64,000 nucleotides of DNA from Candidatus Moraniibacteriota bacterium (lineage in GTDB: Bacteria > Patescibacteriota > Minisyncoccia > Moranbacterales > DUUL01): positions 3,300 to 67,299 of the forward strand of contig JALVDV010000005.1 of the NCBI GenBank assembly GCA_027008775.1. Direction: 5' to 3'. The translations under genes were made by a program, and so were the position numbers. Every line of letters begins with the position of its first letter. The first letter of the stretch is position 1. The notes below the pieces were generated by a model that searched no databases, was not told the origin of the DNA, and saw nothing but the letters and a program-made list of their open reading frames with translations. Below, in pieces: positions 12,301-21,281 of this stretch.

Positions 12301-12764
12301 ACACCGGGGCTCCTGATAAGTTGGGAAACGATGACTCTTTCCACCCCGTTAATAATGAAAGTTCCGCGTTCGGTAATTAAAGGGAGGTCGGTTAGGAAAA
12401 CTTCCTGCTCCCTGACTTCACCGGTTTTTTTAATGAGTAATTTGGCATTGATACGCAAAGGAGCTTCGTAGGAAATATTTTTCTCTTTGGCGGTTTTTTC
12501 GTCATATTTCGGTTCATCCAAGTAATAGTCGCCGAAAGACAATTCCAGCTCTTTGCCGGTGAAATCTTGGATGGGGAATATCTCGTCAATGGCTTCACGC
12601 AAACCTTCTTGCAAGAATAAATCGTAAGAACTGGTTTGGGCCTCAATTAAATCGGGGAGGGAAACCATTGATTGCCTCTTGAAGAATTTTCTTTTGGACA
12701 AACTGGAATGACTGCTGAAGGAGGAACGAACAGCGATTTTTTTCTTTTTGGCGACTTTGCTCAT
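9348..12764 (-). CDS. rpoB: DNA-directed RNA polymerase subunit beta
   Basis: 1138 aa; conserved rpoB blocks (GPGGLTRERAGFEVRDVH, C-terminal ...ELKALALDVKF). Confidence 0.97.
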   Translation of the reverse strand: MSKVAKKKKIAVRSSFSSHSSLSKRKFFKRQSMVSLPDLIEAQTSSYDLFLQEGLREAIDEIFPIQDFTGKELELSFGDYYLDEPKYDEKTAKEKNISYEAPLRINAKLLIKKTGEVREQEVFLTDLPLITERGTFIINGVERVIVSQLIRSPGVFFTAEYIKGRRTFGAKIIPNRGAWLEMETDLSGVIWVRIDRKRKIPVTSLLRVFGLKTDKEIKEAFAEVDTGETKYITETLLRDPVKNEMEAYKEIYKRFRPGDLATVENAKQMIDSVFFDYDRYDFGKVGRYRLNFRLGMDKDEKDKKNRLLGKEELVKIVQEIIRLNNDPNAEPDDIDHLGSRRLRGVGELIQSRIRVGLMRMARNIKDKMSSCDINTVAHAQLINSRPVVAAVKEFFSSSQLSQFMDQVNPLAELEHKRRLSAMGPGGLTRERAGFEVRDVHTSHYGRICPVQTPEGPNIGLVGHLACYAKINEYGFIETPYRLIGHSIGKDDKNALGRILAENVKDKNKKVLLKKGEKIDEKNIAKLKKSAKDTIKVKPFVTSTIEYLNAVVEGEKNIAHAGIELDEHDNIVQDVVEARVKTEPSIIESKLLDYIDVSPKQCISVATALIPFLEHDDSNRALMGSNMQRQAVSCVRPQAPLVGTGLEDKAAADSGQVVLAKEAGEVVEVDANHITIKERDGKGKSRKRIYNLQTFAKSNAFTSLNQVPRVTLGQKVKKKDLLADGASTDHGELALGQNMLVAFMPWSGYNYEDAIIISEKVVERDSYSSIHIDEFSVDVQETKLGPETVTRDIPNIGDDRLKNLDEEGIIRIGAEVNSGDILVGKITLKGEGDLTAEERLLRAIFGDKSKDVKDTSLYLPHGKRGKVVDIKIFSRENGDKLPAGVIKQIQVSVARLRKISVGDKLAGRHGNKGVISKIAAVEDMPYLPDGTPVDVVLTPLGVPSRMNLGQILETHLGWAAAKLGYKAASPALDGVTSEQIKEELRKAGLPEDGKIQLTDGRTGEHFSEKTMVGYMYIMKLNHLVEDKIHTRSIGPYSLITQQPLGGKAQFGGQRFGEMEVWALEGHGAAYTLQEMLTIKSDDVLGRSKAYESIIKGEPIQTPSIPASFHVLVNELKALALDVKFLKDGKYLEGNMEINN

Positions 12765-13365
12765 GGTGGATTGGGTTAGATATTAAAAATATTTAAAATT
12801 TGCGTCTTGCTTGGGTAAGGTGTCAAAATTGGCGAAAATGGAAAAATGGGGACGACACTTTAAAACCGATTGATATTGGTAAATGCGCAAGGGAACGATT
12901 AAAAAATTGAGCAAACAAAAAACAATCAGCTTGACTGATTTGTTGTTTGTTGAATTGTTTAGAAAACGTTTCCCCCGAACATAAAAGAAGGACCAATACT
13001 ATTTCGGCTTTCTGAAACAGTATCAAATTATTTTTTACGGCTCCCGTCTGACCGAGAGGCAAGGAAATAAATTGCAAAAGCAAATTTATTCCCTCCTTAT
13101 CAAAAATACTGGGTATTTAAAAAAGATGAAACCATTTGTTACTCCCCCACATCAAAGGGGAACCTAAACTTGGCATTAACCCTATTGTATCCGTTTTAAA
13201 AAATTTGTCAAGACAACAAAGGGGCGTCCTGCCAACGCCAATCAAAATGCTTCTTATTTTGCTTTTTTGATTTTAAACATTTCGCGTGACTTTGTCAAAT
13301 TTGAATTCGCCTTTTGCAAGCGGTTGTAATTGATAGTTTGCTTTTCTGAGTTTTTGCTTGATTTT

Positions 13366-13465
13366 GAAAATAGGTTGGTTAATTTTTGTTGCTGAGTTTT
13401 GAGATGGTGGGTTGCTTGTACTATTTTTATTTTTGGATTTACTTTTGGATTTTTAGATGCAATGA
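13366..13465. repeat. Copy A of a ~90-bp T-rich direct repeat (aaataggttggttaatttttgtt...gagatggtgg...)
   Basis: About 85% identical to 17107-17195, same orientation; lies in the long region upstream of rpoB. Confidence 0.6.
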
Positions 13466-13671
13466 GTGAAAATTCGGTGATTCCATTTGAATTGAAACCG
13501 CAAAATGTTTTTATTTTCCGAGCTCAATGAATGGTGGGAGCAGTTGCAAAACTATTACAACTGCTCCATATTGTTTATACGTATCCGTGACTAATATGGG
13601 CCCACATTGTGGTAATATGCGTCCTGAGCCTTACCTAAAAGTGAGCCCTTCATTCTAACTTCGTCTTCTCT

Positions 13672-13833
13672 TTATTTTAGAAAAAATAGGACAACTAAGG
13701 TTGTCCAATACCAATCATGAGTTTTGCGCCAGACCATTAATCCGGCTCCCACGACTATGGCAATTTGTATCAACAGATGAATAGTGTTTCTGCCAGGCAA
13801 ATTATAAAAGAAAAAATTTTTTATTTTTTTCAT
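13672..13833 (-). CDS. Small hydrophobic ORF (53 codons, MKKIKNFFFYNLPGRNTIHLLIQIAIVVGAGLMVW...)
   Basis: ATG with ggagg RBS 6 nt upstream; one TM segment; below ORF-track cutoff. Confidence 0.3.
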   Translation of the reverse strand: MKKIKNFFFYNLPGRNTIHLLIQIAIVVGAGLMVWRKTHDWYWTTLVVLFFLK

Positions 13834-14176
13834 TTTTCCTCCTTTGCCCCTTTTTCAGGGGCTTTTTTGATTTAATTTTCCCACTCTTCCGAGCGGTTTT
13901 TGAGGTGGCAATTTTTTGAAACTGCTATCCCAAAAACCACTCGGAAAAGGTTGAGTTGGGGAGATTGGATTTTTAAAGAACTATTTTTTTCCGTGTCGGT
14001 CTGTGTAATGTCCGTGTTTTTCCGCGACTGCGGAGTAGTAAAAGAATACTTCTCTCAGAAATCTTGTTGATTATCAACAAGATTTCAGTTGAGAGGAGCA
14101 AGTTATTGGTTTATAACTTGCTCCCGAAACTTGTTCCCCTGGTCCACGCCCCGGGGGAAATTTTAGCGAGCGGGAA

Positions 14177-14959
14177 CTAAAATAATTCCCGCAGTATATT
14201 TACTATTTCATCACTGCTCATACCGAGCAGTGATAAGCCCCTAACTTCATCCCAATACTCTGGATTGGGATTGTTTTGGATGTTGTCAATAATTGAATCG
14301 ACAACATCCTTTAATTGTTGTTCCGAGGGGGTATATCCTTCGACATACCTCCTCAGGATTTGTTTTCTTACTATATTTTTTACGATGTTTTCCGGAGAAA
14401 ACATCGCCTGGTGTTCCGGAGGGATAGATATTTCCCCCTCCTCTTCTTCTTCGGCGAGAGATTTTATTCGGACTACGTATGTGTAGTCCGATTGACCCTC
14501 GGTCAGAAAAACTGACCTTGGGTCGAGCTCCGCAAGGAGCTCAACTCCGGCCAAAGCGGCTTCTGCACTGGCTGGGTTAGAATTTTCCATCCCAGCCAGT
14601 TTTTTTATTTCCGCCGGCCCCTTTATAAGGGTGCCGGCAATTGGTATAGTGAGAATTTTGAGACAGCCTTTTCCAAAAGGCTGTCCCAGTCCACCAACTA
14701 CGACTATGTCGTGGTGGGAACAACTCTCCTTTTTTATTTCTACAAACCCGGCCGAACTTCTGGCCGAGTATTCACCCATCAGTAAGATGGGCATTTTTGT
14801 TTCCAGACATCCATTTGATGCCTGGATGATTTTTTTCAATTTTCCGGTCTTCAGCCCATACCGCAGTATGAGCTGGTTGGGAAAATTTTTCACTGCCGTT
14901 ACAGAGGCAGTGAATGTTCTTAATTCCCTGTCCCGGCCGTCTATTACCATTGCTTTCAT
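14177..14959 (-). CDS. Hypothetical protein, 260 aa
   Basis: Long ORF with acidic linker (EEEEEGE) and elevated GC; no family recognised. Confidence 0.5.
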   Translation of the reverse strand: MKAMVIDGRDRELRTFTASVTAVKNFPNQLILRYGLKTGKLKKIIQASNGCLETKMPILLMGEYSARSSAGFVEIKKESCSHHDIVVVGGLGQPFGKGCLKILTIPIAGTLIKGPAEIKKLAGMENSNPASAEAALAGVELLAELDPRSVFLTEGQSDYTYVVRIKSLAEEEEEGEISIPPEHQAMFSPENIVKNIVRKQILRRYVEGYTPSEQQLKDVVDSIIDNIQNNPNPEYWDEVRGLSLLGMSSDEIVNILRELF

Positions 14960-15199
14960 TTTTCCTCCTTTTTTGCCTGCGGGTGTTCCGCAGGCGAAGC
15001 AGTTGGTCCGGGGATGCTCAGCCCCTTATTTTTTATTTTTTAAAGAGCATCAAGCTTTTTAAGCTTGACGCTGTAGGATAGCATAATTTAGTGTTTATGT
15101 CAATGGTTATTATGACATTTGTCTGTAAAATGTCGTTTTTATAGCTTACAAATTGTCTTAAAGCACTTTATTTATTTGATTATTTTGTCATAAATAAAA

Positions 15200-15228
15200 T
15201 TGATAAAATAACTTTAAAATGCTATAAT
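15200..15228 (+). promoter_or_regulatory. Sigma70-like promoter TTGATA-17 nt-TATAAT upstream of the TrmB-like gene
   Basis: ttgata aaataactttaaaatgc tataat; about 95 bp upstream of the ATG at 15326. Confidence 0.5.
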
Positions 15229-15325
15229 GCAAGTACTAAATTGATATTATGTGAATTTTAGGTGGTAAGCAGAAGAGTTTAATATTTCAGAAAAGACAAA
15301 AGAATAATTTGTAATTTACATTGCT

Positions 15326-16084
15326 GTGAAATATATAAAACTGCTAAAAAACATTGGCTTAACAACGGTTCAAGCGGAAATACTTGACTATCTTTTAAAT
15401 ACCGATAAAGAAAAAGCCAGTATTATAGCCAAAAAAATAAAGCGTCCGCGCGGAGTTGTTTACAACAGCTTGGATGAACTGTTGAAATTGGGACTGATAA
15501 CAAAAAAGGATGCCCCCAATCAAGTGAGCACTTTTTCTGCGGAGCATCCCGCTAAACTTAACAAATTGCTTGAGCAATATGAAAGTGATTTAAAACAAAA
15601 AAAGAACGCTTTTGAAAGCGTTTTGCCAAATATGATTTCTAATTATAATCTTGCCCATAACAAACCGGGAGTGAGGTTTTATGAAGGCATAGAAGGAATA
15701 AAAAAAGTTATCTGGGATACATTAACCAGTCAAACAGACATATATACTTACACCGATTTGGAAAAAATAGACGCGCATATCAAAGATATCAATAGGGAAT
15801 ATTCTAAAAAAAGAGACCGCTTGAAGATACGCAAAAAAGCTCTTTTGGCTAATTCTGATTATGCTAGAAACGCTTTAAAAAACTACGCGACCACAAATTT
15901 AGAGGTTAGATTTATACGCGACATTCGTCATTTTGCGACCATAATGCAAATTTATGATAATAAAGTTTCCTATATAACACTCAGCAAAGACAAAATGATA
16001 GGAATTATTATTCAAGACCAAACAATATACAATATGCACAAAAGTCTTTTTGAAAGTATGTGGAAAACCGCTGAAAGATATTAG
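15326..16084 (+). CDS. TrmB-family winged-helix transcriptional regulator
   Basis: 252 aa; N-terminal LTTVQAEILDYLLNTDKEKASIIAKKIKRPRGVVYNSLDELLKLGLI wHTH typical of TrmB-like regulators. Confidence 0.65.
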   Translation: MKYIKLLKNIGLTTVQAEILDYLLNTDKEKASIIAKKIKRPRGVVYNSLDELLKLGLITKKDAPNQVSTFSAEHPAKLNKLLEQYESDLKQKKNAFESVLPNMISNYNLAHNKPGVRFYEGIEGIKKVIWDTLTSQTDIYTYTDLEKIDAHIKDINREYSKKRDRLKIRKKALLANSDYARNALKNYATTNLEVRFIRDIRHFATIMQIYDNKVSYITLSKDKMIGIIIQDQTIYNMHKSLFESMWKTAERY

Positions 16085-16087
16085 CAT

Positions 16088-17074
16088 TTATACTTCTTTC
16101 TCTTTACGTATCTTCCAAATCTTGATATTGCCCAAATTAAATTCGCCGTATTTCTTGAATCCCTTTTCCTCAAGATAAGTTTTGGTTATTTTTTTGTTTG
16201 GGAGCGCTGTGGCTATAATTGTGGCGTTTTTTGACTCTTTGTCCAGAGATTCCTCCATCATTATCTCGCCCAGTTTTGAAAATCGGTGATGTCTATCCAC
16301 GTTAAAATTGGCAAATTCAACAATGCCATCTTCCTGAGGAGTGAAGCTGTTAAAAGCCAGCACTTTCCCATTATAATACAATATGTAAAACTTTGAGTTA
16401 GGATTTGCGAGCTTGTCATTTAAGCTCCCAAATAAGGCCTGTAGAAGCAATTCTCCATCCTCCAGATGTTCAAATAGTGAGTAGTTTTCCCGATAAATTT
16501 TCTTCATTTCTTCAACTACCTTCTTTTTATTTGCCAGCTCCGGACCGGAAATAGTATCCAGCTTAATGCCTTTAAAGTATTCCAAGAGATTTTTCTTTTT
16601 ATTTTTCTTTAAATATTTTAACACTTCTTTAAAGATCTCTCTGTTGATATCTAATGACGCTATCACATCCTCAACAAATTTCGGATTTGTGGCATCAAAA
16701 GAGTCGGCTAGCGCGCGTAAGAAATTAATCCCTTTTTGTTTTAATCCTTGGGTAATTTCATTTACTTGAACCAAATCAGTCTTGTTAAGATTTTTTTGCG
16801 TCCAACGTTCAACTTTGTCTGTTGCATCATCAAATTCGGCATATTTTGCAAAAATTTTATCCAGCAATTCTTTGTCGTATTTACGGGTCAGATATAAAGC
16901 TTTTTCACCATCACCCTTTTTGTCTTGTTCCAGAGCTAAAAATGCTTTTAAACCATTAGTACCGTATTTTTTAATAAAATCAGTATTTTTGATTTTTTCG
17001 GGGATGGTGTTTTTGTCCTTTTTGTCGTCTTTTTGTCTGGTGTTTTCTATTGTAAATTGTGGTTTGTTTTCCAT
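16088..17074 (-). CDS. Hypothetical protein with C-terminal GNAT acetyltransferase-like domain
   Basis: 328 aa; C-terminus ...HHRFSKLGEIMMEESL...YLEEKGFKKYGEF resembles GNAT motifs A/B. Confidence 0.5.
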   Translation of the reverse strand: MENKPQFTIENTRQKDDKKDKNTIPEKIKNTDFIKKYGTNGLKAFLALEQDKKGDGEKALYLTRKYDKELLDKIFAKYAEFDDATDKVERWTQKNLNKTDLVQVNEITQGLKQKGINFLRALADSFDATNPKFVEDVIASLDINREIFKEVLKYLKKNKKKNLLEYFKGIKLDTISGPELANKKKVVEEMKKIYRENYSLFEHLEDGELLLQALFGSLNDKLANPNSKFYILYYNGKVLAFNSFTPQEDGIVEFANFNVDRHHRFSKLGEIMMEESLDKESKNATIIATALPNKKITKTYLEEKGFKKYGEFNLGNIKIWKIRKEKEV

Positions 17075-17106
17075 ATATTTATTTCATTGAACTTTTCCCT
17101 GGTCTT

Positions 17107-17195
17107 GGAAATAGGTTGGTTAATTTTTGTTTTTGGGTTTTGGAGATGGTGGATCAATTGTGCTGTTTTTATTTTTGGGTTTTTAGTATTGGCTG
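17107..17195. repeat. Copy B of the ~90-bp T-rich direct repeat
   Basis: About 85% identical to 13366-13465; 33 bp upstream of the start of the 16088..17074 gene. Confidence 0.6.
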
Positions 17196-17576
17196 TTCAT
17201 TGTTGTTTTTGAAAATATTCGCTATTCTTTCCTTCTGTTTGGGGGCGATATTTTTTGGTAAGTTCCGGGGATTAAAAAAACGAATGTCGTCCGCTTCAGC
17301 GGTATTGATTATTTTTCCGCCTTGAATGTTACAGATAAAATTAAAAACTATTTCGTTCAGCGATGGTTTGTGATAAATTCCGCTTAATTTTTCTATTTTT
17401 ACGCTCAATCCCGTTTATTCTTTGGTTTCCCTGGCAACCGCTTGCCACGGCGACTCCCCTTTCTCCACTCCGCCTCCGGGCAAATTCCACAAATCATAAT
17501 CCCGCCGGTGGCACAATAAAATTTCTTTCTTTTTATTGAAAATAACAGCAAAGACGCCGATGGTAAATTTGGTCAT
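17169..17576 (-). pseudogene. NUDIX hydrolase gene interrupted by in-frame TAA (17416-17418) at the second Glu of the NUDIX box
   Basis: Single frame reads MTKFTIGVFAVIFNKKKEILLCHRRDYDLWNLPGGGVEKGESPWQAVARETKE*TGLSVKIEKLSGIYHK...; the canonical GX5EX7REUXEEXGU box has TAA where GAA is expected. Confidence 0.6.
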
Positions 17577-17613
17577 TGTTGCCACAAATTATTTACGGTT
17601 TTAGAAAGTGAAA

Positions 17614-18354
17614 CTACTCGCTGATTTTAATGTATTCAATCTCCCCTTTGGGGTTGATATACTTTAAAGCCAAAATGGGTTTCTCACTTTTCTTGATTTT
17701 CCAAACCGCCACGGTTGTTTCAGGATGACCATTGTTTAATTTTATATCTAAGCTTTTAGTCAATCCCTTTTTTCTGGCTAAAGTCCAGCTGTATCCAGAG
17801 CGAGAAAAGTGGGATTTGTTGTCAGAAGTAATAATTACTAGAGCCGGAGCCGGGTCCCAACCGGATTCGTCCAGTTTTGTGGGATGAATAGTCTCACCGG
17901 TGGGAGTGCCGGCCGAACCCTTGAAATCGTAAATAACATAGTAAAAAATTTTATCTCCCGTGGCTTTGTGAATACTGTTTAATTCTGTCAGCCGACCGGT
18001 TTCTTTGATTTTAAAAGTTGCTTGTCCGGTCAGGGAAATTACATTCTTTTTTATGTCGTCATAAGTCGTGTTTTTCTTGGGAACATTTTTGTAATCTCGC
18101 AAGCGATATTTTATATTTATTTCTTCCCCCACCTTAGCTGTCCGCACGAAATGTATCTTGTCTTTCTTTCCTTGTTGCTCCTCCATAGTTTTTTGCGCTT
18201 TTTCTACAATACTTTTAGCTGACTGCTTGCTCCCTTTTTTGTCTGTTGATGTACCAGTCTTGTTGTTTTTGCCACATCCACTCAAGACTATTACTAAAAA
18301 CAAAACAAAGAATATAGCTAGTCCTTGAGTGATAATTTTATTTTTTTTGTTCAT
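17614..18354 (-). CDS. Lipoprotein, hypothetical
   Basis: 246 aa; signal peptide plus lipobox LSGC. Confidence 0.6.
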   Translation of the reverse strand: MNKKNKIITQGLAIFFVLFLVIVLSGCGKNNKTGTSTDKKGSKQSAKSIVEKAQKTMEEQQGKKDKIHFVRTAKVGEEINIKYRLRDYKNVPKKNTTYDDIKKNVISLTGQATFKIKETGRLTELNSIHKATGDKIFYYVIYDFKGSAGTPTGETIHPTKLDESGWDPAPALVIITSDNKSHFSRSGYSWTLARKKGLTKSLDIKLNNGHPETTVAVWKIKKSEKPILALKYINPKGEIEYIKISE

Positions 18355-18520
18355 AGTTTTAAGTTTAAAAAATTTAATAGCCGATATTTTTAATTACTGG
18401 CGCTAATGAGTCATAAAAAGTTTTAGCGCCACCCTGCCCTTGTGATAACTGAAAGCTGTTGGTCTAAACCAATTATATTATATTTTTCTTTTTTGAAAAA
18501 GATACATTCCCCCTGGATTG

Positions 18521-20825
18521 ATTTATAGAAGTAGAAATTTGATAGGTCTATTTGAGGTGGGGATTTCGGACAGGAAGTTATAAATCTACAAAAGTAGAAA
18601 TTTGATAGGTCTATTTGAGAAAAATGACCTTACCTACCACTATGGAAATCTACAAAAGTAGAAATTTGATAGGTCTATTTGAGGATAAGGGGAATAGACC
18701 ACGGAGAAAATCTACAAAAGTAGAAATTTGATAGGTCTATTTGAGCTGCGTTGTATTGCAAATCATCGCCGTATCTACAAAAGTAGAAATTTGATAGGTC
18801 TATTTGAGCTGTTATTATGGACAAGAAATTAAGACAATCTACAAAAGTAGAAATTTGATAGGTCTATTTGAGTTTGCCAATGTCATCAATTATCCTAGAA
18901 TCTACAAAAGTAGAAATTTGATAGGTCTATTTGAGAAAACACCCCTTAATTCACCTAAATTATCTACAAAAGTAGAAATTTGATAGGTCTATTTGAGGCT
19001 GGCAGGGAAGAAGGTTTAAGACTGCATCTACAAAAGTAGAAATTTGATAGGTCTATTTGAGTACCACTTTATCACCTTTTTTTATGTCATCTACAAAAGT
19101 AGAAATTTGATAGGTCTATTTGAGTACCTCGTCTGGTTCAAGATTCTTATCATCTACAAAAGTAGAAATTTGATAGGTCTATTTGAGCAAACGCTTTGCC
19201 AGATTCTTTTTCCGATCTACAAAAGTAGAAATTTGATAGGTCTATTTGAGAGGAGATTGCCTAAAGGTAGCTACTACATCTACAAAAGTAGAAATTTGAT
19301 AGGTCTATTTGAGAAAGGGAAGGAATTTGTTGAGTTTTTCAATCTACAAAAGTAGAAATTTGATAGGTCTATTTGAGACGGTGGCCGATGAGTATTACCA
19401 CCGAATCTACAAAAGTAGAAATTTGATAGGTCTATTTGAGGATATAATCCCATGCGATTGGGTCTTGATCTACAAAAGTAGAAATTTGATAGGTCTATTT
19501 GAGTAGGAAATGACACTGTCCCGGTTATTATCTACAAAAGTAGAAATTTGATAGGTCTATTTGAGCATCCTCATAAAAGCGAAAATAAAAGTATCTACAA
19601 AAGTAGAAATTTGATAGGTCTATTTGAGTAACAAAAAAATCAACCCTGCTATAAATCTACAAAAGTAGAAATTTGATAGGTCTATTTGAGCCTGATTTCC
19701 TCTTTATCAAAGCAACAATCTACAAAAGTAGAAATTTGATAGGTCTATTTGAGGGTCTCCGTCAGCAATGACTGGTGAGAATCTACAAAAGTAGAAATTT
19801 GATAGGTCTATTTGAGCAATAGCCGATGAGTATTACCACCACGATCTACAAAAGTAGAAATTTGATAGGTCTATTTGAGAATATCCCTATATTATAGCTA
19901 TATTATAATCTACAAAAGTAGAAATTTGATAGGTCTATTTGAGAAGATTAGAAGTAAGATAATCGCCAGTATCTACAAAAGTAGAAATTTGATAGGTCTA
20001 TTTGAGCTGTTACATGGACGGAGCAAGGTAAGAATCTACAAAAGTAGAAATTTGATAGGTCTATTTGAGAGACCGTGAGCGGTGCGGGATGAAGTAATCT
20101 ACAAAAGTAGAAATTTGATAGGTCTATTTGAGTTCGTGAATTATTGGACGGAGCCAAACAATCTACAAAAGTAGAAATTTGATAGGTCTATTTGAGTTGG
20201 CGAAGGAAGCTTGATTGACTTCGTATCTACAAAAGTAGAAATTTGATAGGTCTATTTGAGTCCAAGGTGTAAATGTTGCAAATTATCATCTACAAAAGTA
20301 GAAATTTGATAGGTCTATTTGAGATAGGGGGGAGTCTGCAAGGTAGCAGTTATCTACAAAAGTAGAAATTTGATAGGTCTATTTGAGTTCATTAGACGGG
20401 CGGGAACGGAACAAATCTACAAAAGTAGAAATTTGATAGGTCTATTTGAGAAAGAAGGTTCTGGCCAGTCAGTATCATCTACAAAAGTAGAAATTTGATA
20501 GGTCTATTTGAGCTACAAGACAGACAAGGAATGGCAAATCTACAAAAGTAGAAATTTGATAGGTCTATTTGAGACAACGATGCGGCCGGCTGGCTTGTTT
20601 ATCTACAAAAGTAGAAATTTGATAGGTCTATTTGAGGTAATAGTCAAGCACCGCCTTTTTAAATCTACAAAAGTAGAAATTTGATAGGTCTATTTGAGTG
20701 GTGGTGCTAATTATTACACGCTAGAATCTACAAAAGTAGAAATTTGATAGGTCTATTTGAGCTCTGAAACACCAAAGCTTCATAGGATAATCTACAAAAG
20801 TAGAAATTTGATAGGTCTATTTGAG
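18521..20825 (-). CRISPR. Type V-A CRISPR array, 37 repeats of 36 bp and 36 spacers of 25-28 bp
   Basis: Plus-strand unit ATCTACAAAAGTAGAAATTTGATAGGTCTATTTGAG; crRNA strand CTCAAATAGACCTATCAAATTTCTACTTTTGTAGAT carries the Cas12a hairpin UCUACU..GUAGA; period 61-64 bp; leader-distal repeat (18521-18556) is degenerate (3 mismatches in the hairpin). Confidence 0.97.
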
Positions 20826-20990
20826 ACCACAAATCCTTTATTTAAGCCAAAAAGATGCAAGTTGTGGCACATAGCCCCAACGACTTTTTGGCTTAAACAA
20901 GGCAAAACCGAGACATTCAAATTGCGGTTTTGTATTTTTTGAACAGACCCACGGAAATTTCCACTTTTCTTAAGTTGTAAAAGTTCAATC
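20826..20990 (-). promoter_or_regulatory. CRISPR leader with 14-bp perfect inverted repeat (20841-20854 / 20884-20897)
   Basis: AT-rich 165 bp between the cas2 stop and the first repeat; TTTAAGCCAAAAAG ... CTTTTTGGCTTAAA. Confidence 0.55.
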
Positions 20991-21272
20991 TTAACTGATA
21001 TAAATGAGGTCGGACTCTTCATGTTTAGCGTAACCGTATCTTTTAACTTTTTTCTTGCATCCTTCACATAACCGGAAAATATAAATACTATCGGCATTAC
21101 TGAATTTTTTCTGATATCTTAATTCTACCTCAGTTAAAATATTTTGCAAGACTCGTTCACTATCACGTACTTGCCAAACCGAGTATTGAATACGATTGCC
21201 GTATTTTTCCAAAAAACGCGCAAATTTGGTCCTTGTTTTGTCATTTTCAAAATCGTAAGAAACAATCAGCAT
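20991..21272 (-). CDS. cas2: CRISPR-associated endoribonuclease Cas2
   Basis: 93 aa; MLIVSYDFENDKTRTKFARFLEKYG..., Cas2 size and fold pattern; immediately downstream of cas1. Confidence 0.85.
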   Translation of the reverse strand: MLIVSYDFENDKTRTKFARFLEKYGNRIQYSVWQVRDSERVLQNILTEVELRYQKKFSNADSIYIFRLCEGCKKKVKRYGYAKHEESDLIYIS

Positions 21273-21281
21273 AAATTCATT

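Noticed and set aside
5673-12471. Numerous plus-strand ORFs (60-230 aa) inside rpoC and rpoB
   Set aside because: Antisense to highly conserved RNA polymerase genes; no RBS or motif support
12823-13083. 86-aa minus-strand ORF in the region upstream of rpoB
   Set aside because: Low-complexity hydrophobic translation with no start context; the region more likely is the long rpoB 5' UTR
13100-17100. Integrated mobile element or prophage between the direct repeats
   Set aside because: No integrase, transposase, or phage structural genes; the repeats are only ~85% identical and sit in promoter-like positions
19044-21097. Several 60-100 aa ORFs predicted inside the CRISPR array and leader (e.g. 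19044..19355, 19280..19516, 19309..19506, 19875..20078, 19948..20157, 20757..20942, 20792..21097)
   Set aside because: Their peptide sequences are periodic translations of the 36-bp repeat (IYKSRNLIGLFE / QIDLSNFYFCR), which is an artefact of repeat structure
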